From a virus (Duplodnaviria; Caudoviricetes), in IMG/VR virus record IMGVR_UViG_3300042923_001283, positions 1 through 55,253 of that record: a stretch of 55,253 nt of DNA; one strand, given 5' to 3'. Below are positions 8,854 to 18,131 of the stretch, one piece after another; positions within the stretch are counted from its first letter, which is position 1, and every line of letters starts with the position of its first letter. The translations under genes and the position numbers were made by a program. Under the pieces are notes generated by a model. The model saw only the letters and a list, made by a program, of their open reading frames with translations. It had not been told where the DNA came from and ran no database searches.

Positions 8854-9066
8854 ATGAAAAGTAAAATAGGATATTGGATAGAACAAAGAGGATATATGAA
8901 AAAATACATAGCAAAACAACTAGAAGTAACACCTACACAATTGTCTAACTGGGTCAGTGGAAAATCACACCCAACAATTGAAAAGGCATTCAAATTAGCT
9001 GAGATATTAGAGATAAAAGTAGATGATCTATACGAAAGAGTGGAAGACAATGAAAGCATCGATTGA
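8854..9066 (+). CDS. XRE-family HTH transcriptional regulator
   Basis: IAKQLEVTPTQLSNWVSGKSHPTIEKAFKLAEIL; RBS GAGGTG; divergent from the FtsK operon. Confidence 0.9.
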   Translation: MKSKIGYWIEQRGYMKKYIAKQLEVTPTQLSNWVSGKSHPTIEKAFKLAEILEIKVDDLYERVEDNESID

Positions 9067-9306
9067 CGTACATCTAATCGTAAATGGGACCAGGACTCTA
9101 AAACGGGGAAATTTTAATGTATTAAGGCAAGATGATATTCCAGCTGTTGCATATAACTGGATAAGGCAGATAAGGAGAGAAACGGGGCACTATGGTGAGA
9201 AACGGGGCACTATGGTGAGAAATCGATAATTGAGAAGGTCATTGTGGATGGAGATAAGGATATAACATTTGAGATTAAGGTAATTGATGAAGCTCCTCTT
9301 GTATGA
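9050..9306 (+). pseudogene. Small gene frameshifted by a 20-bp tandem duplication
   Basis: GAGAAACGGGGCACTATGGT x2 at 9177-9216; removing one copy restores ...HYGEKSIIEKVIVDGDKDITFEIKVIDEAPLV*. Confidence 0.7.
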
Positions 9307-9396
9307 GGAGTTTTTTTATTGAAACCAATTAAAGGGAATCACGTACATATTAGAGAATATAAAAATTGGTATTAATTTCTAGGGGGATGGGCTGAG

Positions 9397-10224
9397 ATGG
9401 AAACAAAGAAATTCTATCAAAGGAAATGGTTCACGGTCTTATTATTATTTTTTTTTACACCAGTTGGGATTTTTCTAATTTTTAAGTATGACCATTTTTC
9501 TAAAACAACTAAGGGGATACTATCTGTTGCTTTTGGCATATTCTTTTTAACAGCTGCCATTATTGGGATTACCGATGATTCAGCTGCAGATAGAACCGAC
9601 CCAGATGAAAAAACAGTTGAGGTTACAGCTCAAAAATCTGAAGTCAATAACAAAGAAGAAAAGGCTGAAGATGAGGTCAAGAAGAAAGCTGAGGACGAAG
9701 CTGCAGCTAAAAAGAAAGCCGAGAAAGAAGCTAAAAAGAAGGCTGATGATGAGGCAGCTAAGAAAAAAGCTGAAGAGGAAGCAACTGCTAATAATTCCGT
9801 TTCTACAAATCAAATTTCAAATGGGATTGGATTAGCAGACACCTTAGAAGCCTATGAAAATGAATACGGCAAAAATAATGGAGATGGAATGATGGCTCGT
9901 TTCCAGAATGATTATTTATTGCCCATTTTTGCAGATGGCCGCGCTATGAACTTGAAAATCCAATTCGAAGCAACAAATGATCCTTCCAGGACATTAAAAG
10001 AAGCTAAACAAATTGCTCAATTTTTTATTCCAAAAGATGCTCAATTTGTGAAAGAGTATTCCGACGATTTTCCAAGAGTTGTTCAAGAGTATCAGAGTGA
10101 GTCAATTGCTGAATTATACCCATCAATTGAACCAGTTGGTACCTTCATTGTGATTATCAGTCATAAAGATGGTAACCCTAACGATGTGTTTGGTATTACT
10201 GTTGGTGTTGGTAATAATCCATAG
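9397..10224 (+). CDS. Membrane protein with Lys/Ala/Glu-rich linker and C-terminal domain (possible superinfection exclusion/lysogenic conversion)
   Basis: Two N-terminal TM helices, KKKAEDEAAA repeats; moron position. Confidence 0.75.
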   Translation: METKKFYQRKWFTVLLLFFFTPVGIFLIFKYDHFSKTTKGILSVAFGIFFLTAAIIGITDDSAADRTDPDEKTVEVTAQKSEVNNKEEKAEDEVKKKAEDEAAAKKKAEKEAKKKADDEAAKKKAEEEATANNSVSTNQISNGIGLADTLEAYENEYGKNNGDGMMARFQNDYLLPIFADGRAMNLKIQFEATNDPSRTLKEAKQIAQFFIPKDAQFVKEYSDDFPRVVQEYQSESIAELYPSIEPVGTFIVIISHKDGNPNDVFGITVGVGNNP

Positions 10225-10275
10225 TAATGTAATAACTAAATTAGGATAACAAAATACATAAAAGAGGGATGAATT

Positions 10276-10809
10276 ATGAGTATTCAAACATATTTAGATT
10301 TATTTAAAATTGATAGTAAATGCTTTTTATTACTGGCAGTTTCCCCTAAAGGTGAGTATCCACTCAAAAGTTATGATAATGAGTTCCATAACTATGTCAA
10401 AAACATATTACCAACTGAAAAATATATAGGAGTCTATGAAACTAACAGAAAAGAAATATTACAAGATGTAGCTTTTAAACTATTCACAATGCCTTTAATT
10501 GGCGATAGCTATGACTTACCTAATATGACTAGGATAAATAAGCCACGAGCTAATAAAAATGAAATAATAGCATTTTTTGCAGTAAAAGAATATATGGACG
10601 TTGTTCCATATGGAGAACAGACTGAAAACGAGGCAATTGAAACTGGAATAGTAAAAGCTGAAAAATTCCTAAAAAAATATCCAATTGATAAATACGATGT
10701 TGTTATTTCAAAACAAAGTAGAAATGAAGATGGGTGTCAGCATTTAATTGACATGGAATTCGATTTTGAAAATCATTCTTTCCATTTCAATAAAGTATAT
10801 GTGTATTAA
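10276..10809 (+). CDS. Hypothetical protein
   Basis: 177-aa ORF, RBS GAGGG. Confidence 0.75.
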   Translation: MSIQTYLDLFKIDSKCFLLLAVSPKGEYPLKSYDNEFHNYVKNILPTEKYIGVYETNRKEILQDVAFKLFTMPLIGDSYDLPNMTRINKPRANKNEIIAFFAVKEYMDVVPYGEQTENEAIETGIVKAEKFLKKYPIDKYDVVISKQSRNEDGCQHLIDMEFDFENHSFHFNKVYVY

Positions 10810-10839
10810 TAAATTTGCTTTAATAAGTCGTTTCTTAAG

Positions 10840-10870
10840 AAGCCCCTCTCAATTGAGAAGGGCTTTTTTT
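10840..10870. terminator. Bidirectional intrinsic terminator
   Basis: AAGCCCCTCTC-AATT-GAGAAGGGCTTTTTTT. Confidence 0.75.
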
Positions 10871-11058
10871 AATCTTGAATCTTTCTCAAAAAAGTATAAC
10901 TAATTTCAGTAGAAGTTCCAGCAGAAACTGGAGTATAAACCCCAATAAGCTTCCAACCTTCTTGACCTAATGCATTTAGTTCTTCATCTGGTGTTTGATT
11001 TAGTTTTGAATAAGCCTTTTTTCTCAAAACTTACAGTTTTATATTCATATTTTTCCAT
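10869..11058 (-). pseudogene. DUF4177-like small protein, 1-bp frameshift
   Basis: MEKYEYKTVSFEKKGLFK then +1 frame LNQTPDEELNALGQEGWKLIGV...YTFLRKIQD*. Confidence 0.7.
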
Positions 11059-11578
11059 AAGTAAATCCCGCCTTTAATATTACTTTCAATAAATGATTAC
11101 GAAACACCTTCTAAAAAGTTCCGTAAGAACAAATTAAAGTACTTCCAAACCGGGAAAGACTTTTTTTCATATTTCTGTCACAAGGGATTTAACCTTTTTC
11201 ACCTAATTATTAGGTAAGGGATTGGTAGATATGATTAATGGTAAGGACCAATATCGATTTACAACCAAAACTCTGCGCAAATTACCGATGTATTAACTCT
11301 TTACTACGGTTATCGATTATCTGTTAAAAAAGTCGCAAAGGAATTGAATCTGGACCATCAAATGTTGGCAGATTACTTAGACAGTACGGTAGAGGTTTAA
11401 GGTGTGATATTAAACGAAGGGAAATGTTTAATGCTATTTCCAGAAAGAAAGCCCCTCACGAGTCAGAAGGCTTCCAAGCTGATTTATAGATTTGCTGCCT
11501 CACCAATCTAAAAAGTTCCAGAAAAGTACACATTTATTTTCAGAATACTTTGGTAATCTGTAAATGAGGTGATTTGGA

Positions 11579-11815
11579 ATGTTTTGGAATATATTAATTT
11601 GGATATTAGATTTTGGAAAAAAGGTATATAGAATTTTTCGCCCGAATTGGATAGATATTCAGGTTATTCGGATGGATGATGGTACATACGTTGCTATTGC
11701 ATTTGACGGTAAATATGGGGTTTATCACAATTACGGATCTACTCCTGAAAAAGCTAAAGAGATGGCAATGCGGAATTTAAAAAAGTGTTATGAAGATGAA
11801 AAAGCCCCTCTCTAG
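11579..11815 (+). CDS. Small protein with HicB-like motif
   Basis: DDGTYVA...YGSTPEKAKEMA resembles the HicB N-terminal GxTxEEA motif; RBS GAGGTG. Confidence 0.55.
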   Translation: MFWNILIWILDFGKKVYRIFRPNWIDIQVIRMDDGTYVAIAFDGKYGVYHNYGSTPEKAKEMAMRNLKKCYEDEKAPL

Positions 11816-11830
11816 TGAGAAGGGCGATCC

Positions 11831-14386
11831 TTACATTCCAACTTTTTCAACTTGCTTTTTTTTCTGAGTTAATTTCTCAACTATTTCTTTTTTCTTTAAG
11901 CGATAATCATCAATTACTTTTGGCATAATTTTTCCAAAGTGATTGATATTAGCTTTTCGTAAATATACAAAATCTTCTTCTTCTTTGATTTTTAAATAAT
12001 TTAAAAACATTTCAATACTTTGAAATCGAATTTCCCATATTTTATCAAAGTCGTTTCTCTTCTGAAGTTTTTGTAATTGTTTATCATTGAAGTCTAATTT
12101 ATCAAATGTTTTTTCATCTTGAATCATCGTGTCAAATAGCACTAATTCAAGGTACTGATGGTCAGATAATATTTCTTCTAAGTGGTACCTTCCAGAGGGT
12201 GTAATTCGTACACATTGAATTTTTTCTAAGTAATTATCTTCACCAAGTTTTCTTGCACCAATATCACTTTCAATCAGATGTCTTTCTAATAACGGAGACA
12301 ACACCTTCCTTATTGCTCCATTGTGAGAACAATATACTTTCAACTGACTTAACAAATTCTCTATTGGCATAAAACCTTTAGAGATATCCGTTTTATAAGT
12401 TACTTCACTGTTGTCTCTTAGTATTTCAAGTATTCTTAAATTTATAAAATGACTGTGAAATCCATCATCTAAATTATTTTGAAAAACATTCAACAAATTT
12501 GATTTGCTTGAATCATAAAATGCTTGTTGAGATAAACCAATACTTTTAATTAATTTATCATGCGGTATAATTTTTTTTCGGCGTTCTTCAATGTTATAGG
12601 AAAGAATACTATTTAGATTACTATGGCCAGATGTTACTATATCTCTAAAAATCTCTAATCCAAATCGTAAATTACCACTTGCTAGAGTTTGTAATAATCT
12701 TTGTGCATGCTCAGCTTTAACTGTATTAATAAATAAATTAAATACATCCTTATATTTCATTTTTATTACTTTGTTTCTAAAATCATTAGGAGATGAATCA
12801 AAGGTAACCTCTTTTTCACCCATGCTGTCAACAACATATTGAATTCTTTTTGTTAATACCATTTCAAGACTTGGTGGGACTATTTGATAAGGTGTTATGT
12901 TACCATAAGCGTTCATAGGAGGCTTTTTTTTCATTGCCCAATATGTCTCGTCCCTAAGTGATAAAATTGCTAATATCTTAAAATATTTCGACTTGGTCAA
13001 AATATAGAAACTAGCTTCCTCTTGAATTTCGGCTTGCTGCTGATCTAAATTATCCAATGCAATACAAATTTCATAATCAAGACTTTCTTTTACAAACATA
13101 ACCAATTTTTCAACATGCTTTACTTTATCATTCAATTTCTCATCAAGTAAATCACCAATTTTTTGTTCAATTAATTCCGCATTACCACTATATGGTTTCC
13201 ATGGCCCATTTACTTTTCTTAGGATATCTTCCTTATAAATTTCTTTTAGAATATCAAAGTCGTAAAGATTAATATTTTGTTTGTACAATGCTTCTTGTAT
13301 ATTTTCAATAATGAATGACTCAATGTCGTCTTTTGTGCCATACCATGATTGGAAATCGATTAAAACCCAGACCAACTTTGTTTTATTAATACTCTTAAGA
13401 ATGTAATTATAAAAATGATTTAAAAATGTACTTTTTCCAGCTCCTAAATTCCCGAAGATTACAAAAACATGTCCAAATGATATACCTTTTTGCATTTGCA
13501 TCTTCATAACAATATCTTGCCCAAAGACTCCAAGCTTGTCCTCTTTATTTTCTATTTGCTTAACACTTTCTATTGGAAGCCCTAGCATAGGGATTCGACC
13601 TTTTACAAATCTTTTTATTTCTTGTCCGTAATGATCCAAATCAGAGTTATCACAATACAAATCACTTAATAAGGCCAAATCAAACGTAATATCTGAAAAA
13701 AATCTATTAAGTATTGGTATTAAGGCTTGGGCCAGAGGATTCTCACCTTTCCTCGCATCTACATCATACATATTTTTCAATATAGTTTTTCTATGCTGAG
13801 GTAAAGATCGAACTTGGTTATTGGAATTAATAAGATTCAAAAAAAAGTCGAATCCATCCCTATTAGGAGACAAAATCTCACAAAGTATATTAATGTTATT
13901 TGTTATACAATCTTTTCCAAACATCAGCAAGGTATCATATGTTTCTTCTCCACTTACAAAAGTTTTTGAAATGGATATGTTCATACCATTACTAACAACA
14001 AATAACTTACAATCTTTTTCTTTTGCATAACTTCTACCCTGTTCAATAGCATCAAATAAAGTTTCTGAAGTTTTTTTCAGATTTTTAGACAGAACAGGTT
14101 GTACTTTATCTGAAGAACGAGTTTTAAAAACTATCTTAGTACTCTTTGCTTCAACCACGATTTTATTGTGAGATGACTTACATAAATAGTCTATATATCC
14201 TGCAGATATTTTATCTTCTCTATGTATATTTTTTTCATCCCAACCTAATACTTGTGTAAGGATAGGATCAATTATTTTACATCTACAGTCAGTTTCAGAT
14301 AATGGATTTTCTTGAAAGCTCTCTAAACTACTACTAATTTTATTCCAAGTATCTATTGCTTTTCCAAACTCGTATTGAAATTCCAT
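11831..14386 (-). CDS. PD-(D/E)xK (HsdR-N-like) nuclease fused to P-loop ATPase; candidate antiphage effector
   Basis: SETDCRCKIIDPILTQVLGW...YIDY...VVEAKS nuclease motif; Walker A GNLGAGKST; Walker B IALDNLD; helical/wHTH-like C-terminus. Confidence 0.8.
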   Translation of the reverse strand: MEFQYEFGKAIDTWNKISSSLESFQENPLSETDCRCKIIDPILTQVLGWDEKNIHREDKISAGYIDYLCKSSHNKIVVEAKSTKIVFKTRSSDKVQPVLSKNLKKTSETLFDAIEQGRSYAKEKDCKLFVVSNGMNISISKTFVSGEETYDTLLMFGKDCITNNINILCEILSPNRDGFDFFLNLINSNNQVRSLPQHRKTILKNMYDVDARKGENPLAQALIPILNRFFSDITFDLALLSDLYCDNSDLDHYGQEIKRFVKGRIPMLGLPIESVKQIENKEDKLGVFGQDIVMKMQMQKGISFGHVFVIFGNLGAGKSTFLNHFYNYILKSINKTKLVWVLIDFQSWYGTKDDIESFIIENIQEALYKQNINLYDFDILKEIYKEDILRKVNGPWKPYSGNAELIEQKIGDLLDEKLNDKVKHVEKLVMFVKESLDYEICIALDNLDQQQAEIQEEASFYILTKSKYFKILAILSLRDETYWAMKKKPPMNAYGNITPYQIVPPSLEMVLTKRIQYVVDSMGEKEVTFDSSPNDFRNKVIKMKYKDVFNLFINTVKAEHAQRLLQTLASGNLRFGLEIFRDIVTSGHSNLNSILSYNIEERRKKIIPHDKLIKSIGLSQQAFYDSSKSNLLNVFQNNLDDGFHSHFINLRILEILRDNSEVTYKTDISKGFMPIENLLSQLKVYCSHNGAIRKVLSPLLERHLIESDIGARKLGEDNYLEKIQCVRITPSGRYHLEEILSDHQYLELVLFDTMIQDEKTFDKLDFNDKQLQKLQKRNDFDKIWEIRFQSIEMFLNYLKIKEEEDFVYLRKANINHFGKIMPKVIDDYRLKKKEIVEKLTQKKKQVEKVGM

Positions 14387-14436
14387 TTGTACGATTTCCT
14401 TTCACAAAAAAAAGATTAAGGGTTAGTCCCTTAATC

Positions 14437-14916
14437 TTAATGAAGAAAACCATTTCTTTCAAGTGAATTCAATGCGTATTTAACTTGATGAGCATTATAT
14501 TGTGGTTTTAAGTTTATAAGTTTTTGGGTAATATTTTGAGTTGAAGAGTTATATTCGTATAAATAATGAACTGAAGCTAAAAGCTCTATCCATGAATCTT
14601 CTGTTAAATCTTGTGGACATTTAGTAATAATATTTTTTAATATATTGAGCGACGACTTAGCATCAGCTCTCAGAGAATATTTGTTCAGTAACTGTTGGTC
14701 AATTTGATGACAATCGTATAATACCCGAGTTAAAGCTGGTGAATATGGCCCCTTTTTATACCAATTAAATTCAAAATCACCACAGCTAACACCTAAACTG
14801 TTCGCTAAATAAATAACTTTTTGAGCTACAATTCGATCACTAAGGGTATTGGTTGAAGGAGGGCGATTCATCACATGATTATGAACAAAATATACAGAAA
14901 TATATTCAGTACTCAT
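14437..14916 (-). CDS. DUF4065/SocA (Panacea)-like antitoxin-domain protein
   Basis: QKVIYLA...FEFNWYKKGPYSPAL and ELLASVHYL motifs; ATG 14916 after GGAGG. Confidence 0.65.
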   Translation of the reverse strand: MSTEYISVYFVHNHVMNRPPSTNTLSDRIVAQKVIYLANSLGVSCGDFEFNWYKKGPYSPALTRVLYDCHQIDQQLLNKYSLRADAKSSLNILKNIITKCPQDLTEDSWIELLASVHYLYEYNSSTQNITQKLINLKPQYNAHQVKYALNSLERNGFLH

Positions 14917-15224
14917 ATACCTTCTTCCACCTCCCATTTTTGATGACCAATTATAGCATCACCTTAAATAAACTACAAGTACGTTTACTTTACCTTATTA
15001 TATTCAATAAACCAATTTTTACAATACATTCATTAAAATATAATTTCCCTGATTATTCAGCAAATATTTTACCCAATATAATATATTTTATGCGTTTTTC
15101 ATATTTTTTTCGATTCTCAAATACAGAATATATTAAACAATTCTTCATTTATTTCGAAAAACCTTCTAATTTGTTTCAAAAAATAAAAAAACCCCCATAC
15201 AAAATATGAGGGAGACTAGTTTGA

Positions 15225-15944
15225 TTATAATTTCATTACATGAACATTCTTCCAACCGTATTTTTCTTTTAACTCAGCTGCAACCTTTTCAGCAATTGAT
15301 TTTGGCAATGCTCCTGTTTTTATATAAGCTAATTCCCTTTCAGGTTGGACTTTAGGCTTAAATTTAAACTGTTCAACTAATCCGTTCACGATTGCTTGAG
15401 CACACTTCTCTCGATAAGCTGCAGTCTTTAATAAGTCAGCCTCTTCCTTATTCGTCATGAAACCGCACTCCACCAGGACAGAAGGGATGGAATCAGAAAC
15501 CTTAGTCATGTATAGGTTGCCTCGTTTGACCCCTCTATTCTTACGTCCAGTCTCTCTAATTAAATGGTTTTGAATATAAGAACCTAATTCCAATTCTGAA
15601 AACGGTAGTCGGTCCATTGAGATATAGGTTTCAATTCCATTCGCATCATTCCAGTCATCACCATATGCATTGGCATGGATGGAGACAACTGCATCCACTT
15701 TTTCTTTCTTAGCTTTAGAAACCCTTGCCACTAGAGCTATATCCTTTTTACCTGTAGGATCATCAAGTCGTATTATTTTAATACCTTCATATTTTTGTAA
15801 TAGTATCTTTTCAACTAATATCGCAACAGCATTATTGAAATCCCATTCGTACATCGTACCGTCGGGTAGTCTTTTGCCTGGTGTAACCCCAAACCCTGCA
15901 TGGCCACCGTCTAGTCCGAGTGTAAGTGCCGTCGAATTTTCCAC
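15225..15944 (-). CDS. Endolysin amidase_3 (N-acetylmuramoyl-L-alanine amidase) domain, translatable from an internal start
   Basis: LDGGHAG, YEWDFN, SIHANA, VECGFMTN motifs; AAGGAGGT RBS 7 nt before in-frame GTG at 15944. Confidence 0.8.
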   Translation of the reverse strand: MENSTALTLGLDGGHAGFGVTPGKRLPDGTMYEWDFNNAVAILVEKILLQKYEGIKIIRLDDPTGKKDIALVARVSKAKKEKVDAVVSIHANAYGDDWNDANGIETYISMDRLPFSELELGSYIQNHLIRETGRKNRGVKRGNLYMTKVSDSIPSVLVECGFMTNKEEADLLKTAAYREKCAQAIVNGLVEQFKFKPKVQPERELAYIKTGALPKSIAEKVAAELKEKYGWKNVHVMKL

Positions 15945-16630
15945 CGTTTTTACCTCCTTCTTATAAATAACTAGTGCACTACCAATCTTTCGTTCAGTAC
16001 CATCACTGGTAGCATTAACTATCTTTCCATCCACAATCATTTCACTTGAGCCGCCACCGTCTGCATTGATGGCAATGATACATCCGAGTGACAACATAAT
16101 GTCAGCTGACTGTGCTCCAGTAACACCTTTAGAAGTAGCATTTCGACCTTCTACAACGCAAAGGACCAACGTCTTGTCAGCTTTCTGACCAATCAATGTT
16201 CGTGGGTTTCTTTGCCCAAAATGACTGTAACCAGAGCTATCAGTAAATCCTTTTTTACCATTGATGACGACTGCATAAGATAAGGTACAGCCCCACTGGA
16301 CATTATCCTTTACGTTCGCTATCTGTTTATCTGTGATGTTACCAATAACAAACTGACCATCTTTAGTAAGATAGCACTCTACTCCTTTACCCTCTGCACT
16401 ACCGCTTAATGTGCTTGGAGAAAAGACTGATCCGTGATGTTCTGTGGTACCGAAAAAGCCTAAATTGATTTTAGCTAACTATTTAAAGCCCTGGCTCAAT
16501 TTAGAAGCATTTTTTATCGACGACAAAGTCTCATATTGTCCTGGCTTGCCGAACTCAATGGATGATTCGCATTCAGTCGGGGAATATTCGTAAGGATTGA
16601 GTCGAATTGTCGCTTGGTATAAAACTTCAT
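15945..16630 (-). pseudogene. Disrupted N-terminal phosphodiester-glycosidase (NAGPA-like) part of the endolysin gene
   Basis: ATG coupled to the holin stop (TAATG), frameshift near 16595, in-frame TAG at 16479-16481, then an open frame with RNPRTLIG and AINADGGGSS running into the amidase. Confidence 0.7.
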
Positions 16631-16998
16631 TATTTATCAGTTCCTTTATCAAAGGATTTAAACTTCGCTTTAACTTCACCAGGTAGATCAACATCGATGG
16701 CTTTTAGATTCTCCATAATGCTGCCCCCTTCTTTATAAATAAATAATCCAAGTGTAAAGCCTGTTAAATAAAAATTAAGTCCTAGAACAAGATCTATAGC
16801 AAATACAAAGACAATTCCTACAAGTTCACCAATCCATCTAATGATTCCGTCCCTCATGATGCGTGATTCGTACTTGTTTACCCCTTTCCATGTTTTCAAC
16901 AGTCCAGAAATAAAGTCTAGGACCTTCACAAGAAAATAGAAAAGTAGCGCATATTGAATTGGTTTAGGCAATAAGTCGAGCAAATGAATATCTAACAT
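16630..16998 (-). CDS. Phage holin (holin_4_1 / toxin-secretion type)
   Basis: LDFISGLLK...EGGSIMENL motif, TM helices, adjacent to the lysin. Confidence 0.85.
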   Translation of the reverse strand: MLDIHLLDLLPKPIQYALLFYFLVKVLDFISGLLKTWKGVNKYESRIMRDGIIRWIGELVGIVFVFAIDLVLGLNFYLTGFTLGLFIYKEGGSIMENLKAIDVDLPGEVKAKFKSFDKGTDK

Positions 16999-17238
16999 AC
17001 GTAAGTATCTGTCCCTTCAAAATAAAATTAGCCCCGATCGGTTCGAGGCTAAACTAAAAAAAAAAACGGATGCAAAATAAAAAGAGCCCATAATCGGACT
17101 CTCTAAAAATATTTTATATCTTGTTCTATTCTGAGTTCTCCGCTTAGGGCTGCATAAATCTTAATTTCCTCCCTCCAACATTAATTGTGAATTCTAAACA
17201 TATAGTTAATTAGTCACATTTAACAGGGAGTGGTAGGG

Positions 17239-17571
17239 ATGGCACTAGTAACATTACTGGAATACTTAAAACACAACGAAATAAAACATAATATTGTTGA
17301 TGATCATTTGATTTTAAATGATGTTACTATTGATTTTTTTGAAATTAATAACGAGAATTGTTGGGTTATCACAAATCAACACCATGAAGTAAAATTCGAT
17401 ATCACTAGTTTCAAACAAATGTCATTTGATGCATTACCTTGGGGTGCTAAAAATAGTATTGAAATGCATCGTTGCTTAAGAGATTTAGAAAGCAGCAAAC
17501 CATACAATGCATATTTCGAAGATGCAAAGGGAATAATTATCTTCGGTTTTTATGGAATTGGTAAGAAATAA
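17239..17571 (+). CDS. Hypothetical moron protein
   Basis: ORF opposite to the late operon, with RBS. Confidence 0.65.
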   Translation: MALVTLLEYLKHNEIKHNIVDDHLILNDVTIDFFEINNENCWVITNQHHEVKFDITSFKQMSFDALPWGAKNSIEMHRCLRDLESSKPYNAYFEDAKGIIIFGFYGIGKK

Positions 17572-17596
17572 ATCATGAATAATAAAATCCCGACTG

Positions 17597-18124
17597 TTAA
17601 TCAGCCGGGATTTTTGTTTTTCTACCTAATTTCGACTCATCAATATCAGGAGTATAAACTTCTTGTTTATTTTCATCCGTATTATTAAAGAAAATTGCAA
17701 AAGAGATAAAAACAAAAGTTAATTGTAAGCAAAAAAACATTAATACAAGCCCTATCCAAGAAGCGTTAGTGATTTGTAAAATCTTATAAGCTACCTCTTT
17801 ATTCTCATACATAACTTGGTAAACAATCGTCCATATAACTGTAATAAATCCTATAACTAATGATAAGCTCGAAATTAACAGAAATTCTTTCCTGTAATGT
17901 TTATCGCTCATTATTTCTTTAACAACTTTAGTATTAAACAATGAAGCGAATACACTCAAACATGCCCCGTAAAATCCAAGACTTATGCTAGAAATTAATA
18001 ATACACCATCTAACGCCTTATTAAATCCTTTGATTTCATAAAATTGGCCCCAGTAAAAAACCGCAATCCCAGCTAATATGGAAACAGTAAGAGTTGAAAT
18101 TAAGTATTTGTATGTCATACTCAC
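17597..18124 (-). CDS. Four-TM membrane protein
   Basis: Four hydrophobic segments; 7 bp downstream of 18132-19034. Confidence 0.8.
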   Translation of the reverse strand: MSMTYKYLISTLTVSILAGIAVFYWGQFYEIKGFNKALDGVLLISSISLGFYGACLSVFASLFNTKVVKEIMSDKHYRKEFLLISSLSLVIGFITVIWTIVYQVMYENKEVAYKILQITNASWIGLVLMFFCLQLTFVFISFAIFFNNTDENKQEVYTPDIDESKLGRKTKIPAD

Positions 18125-18131
18125 TTAATTT

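Noticed and set aside
9650-9790. Low-complexity GAA/GCT/AAG repeats and overlapping ORFs
   Set aside because: Encodes the Lys/Ala/Glu linker of 9397-10224; the alternative ORFs are by-products
11231-11400. HTH-like remnant (LSVKKVAKELNLDHQML)
   Set aside because: No in-frame start; too fragmentary to call
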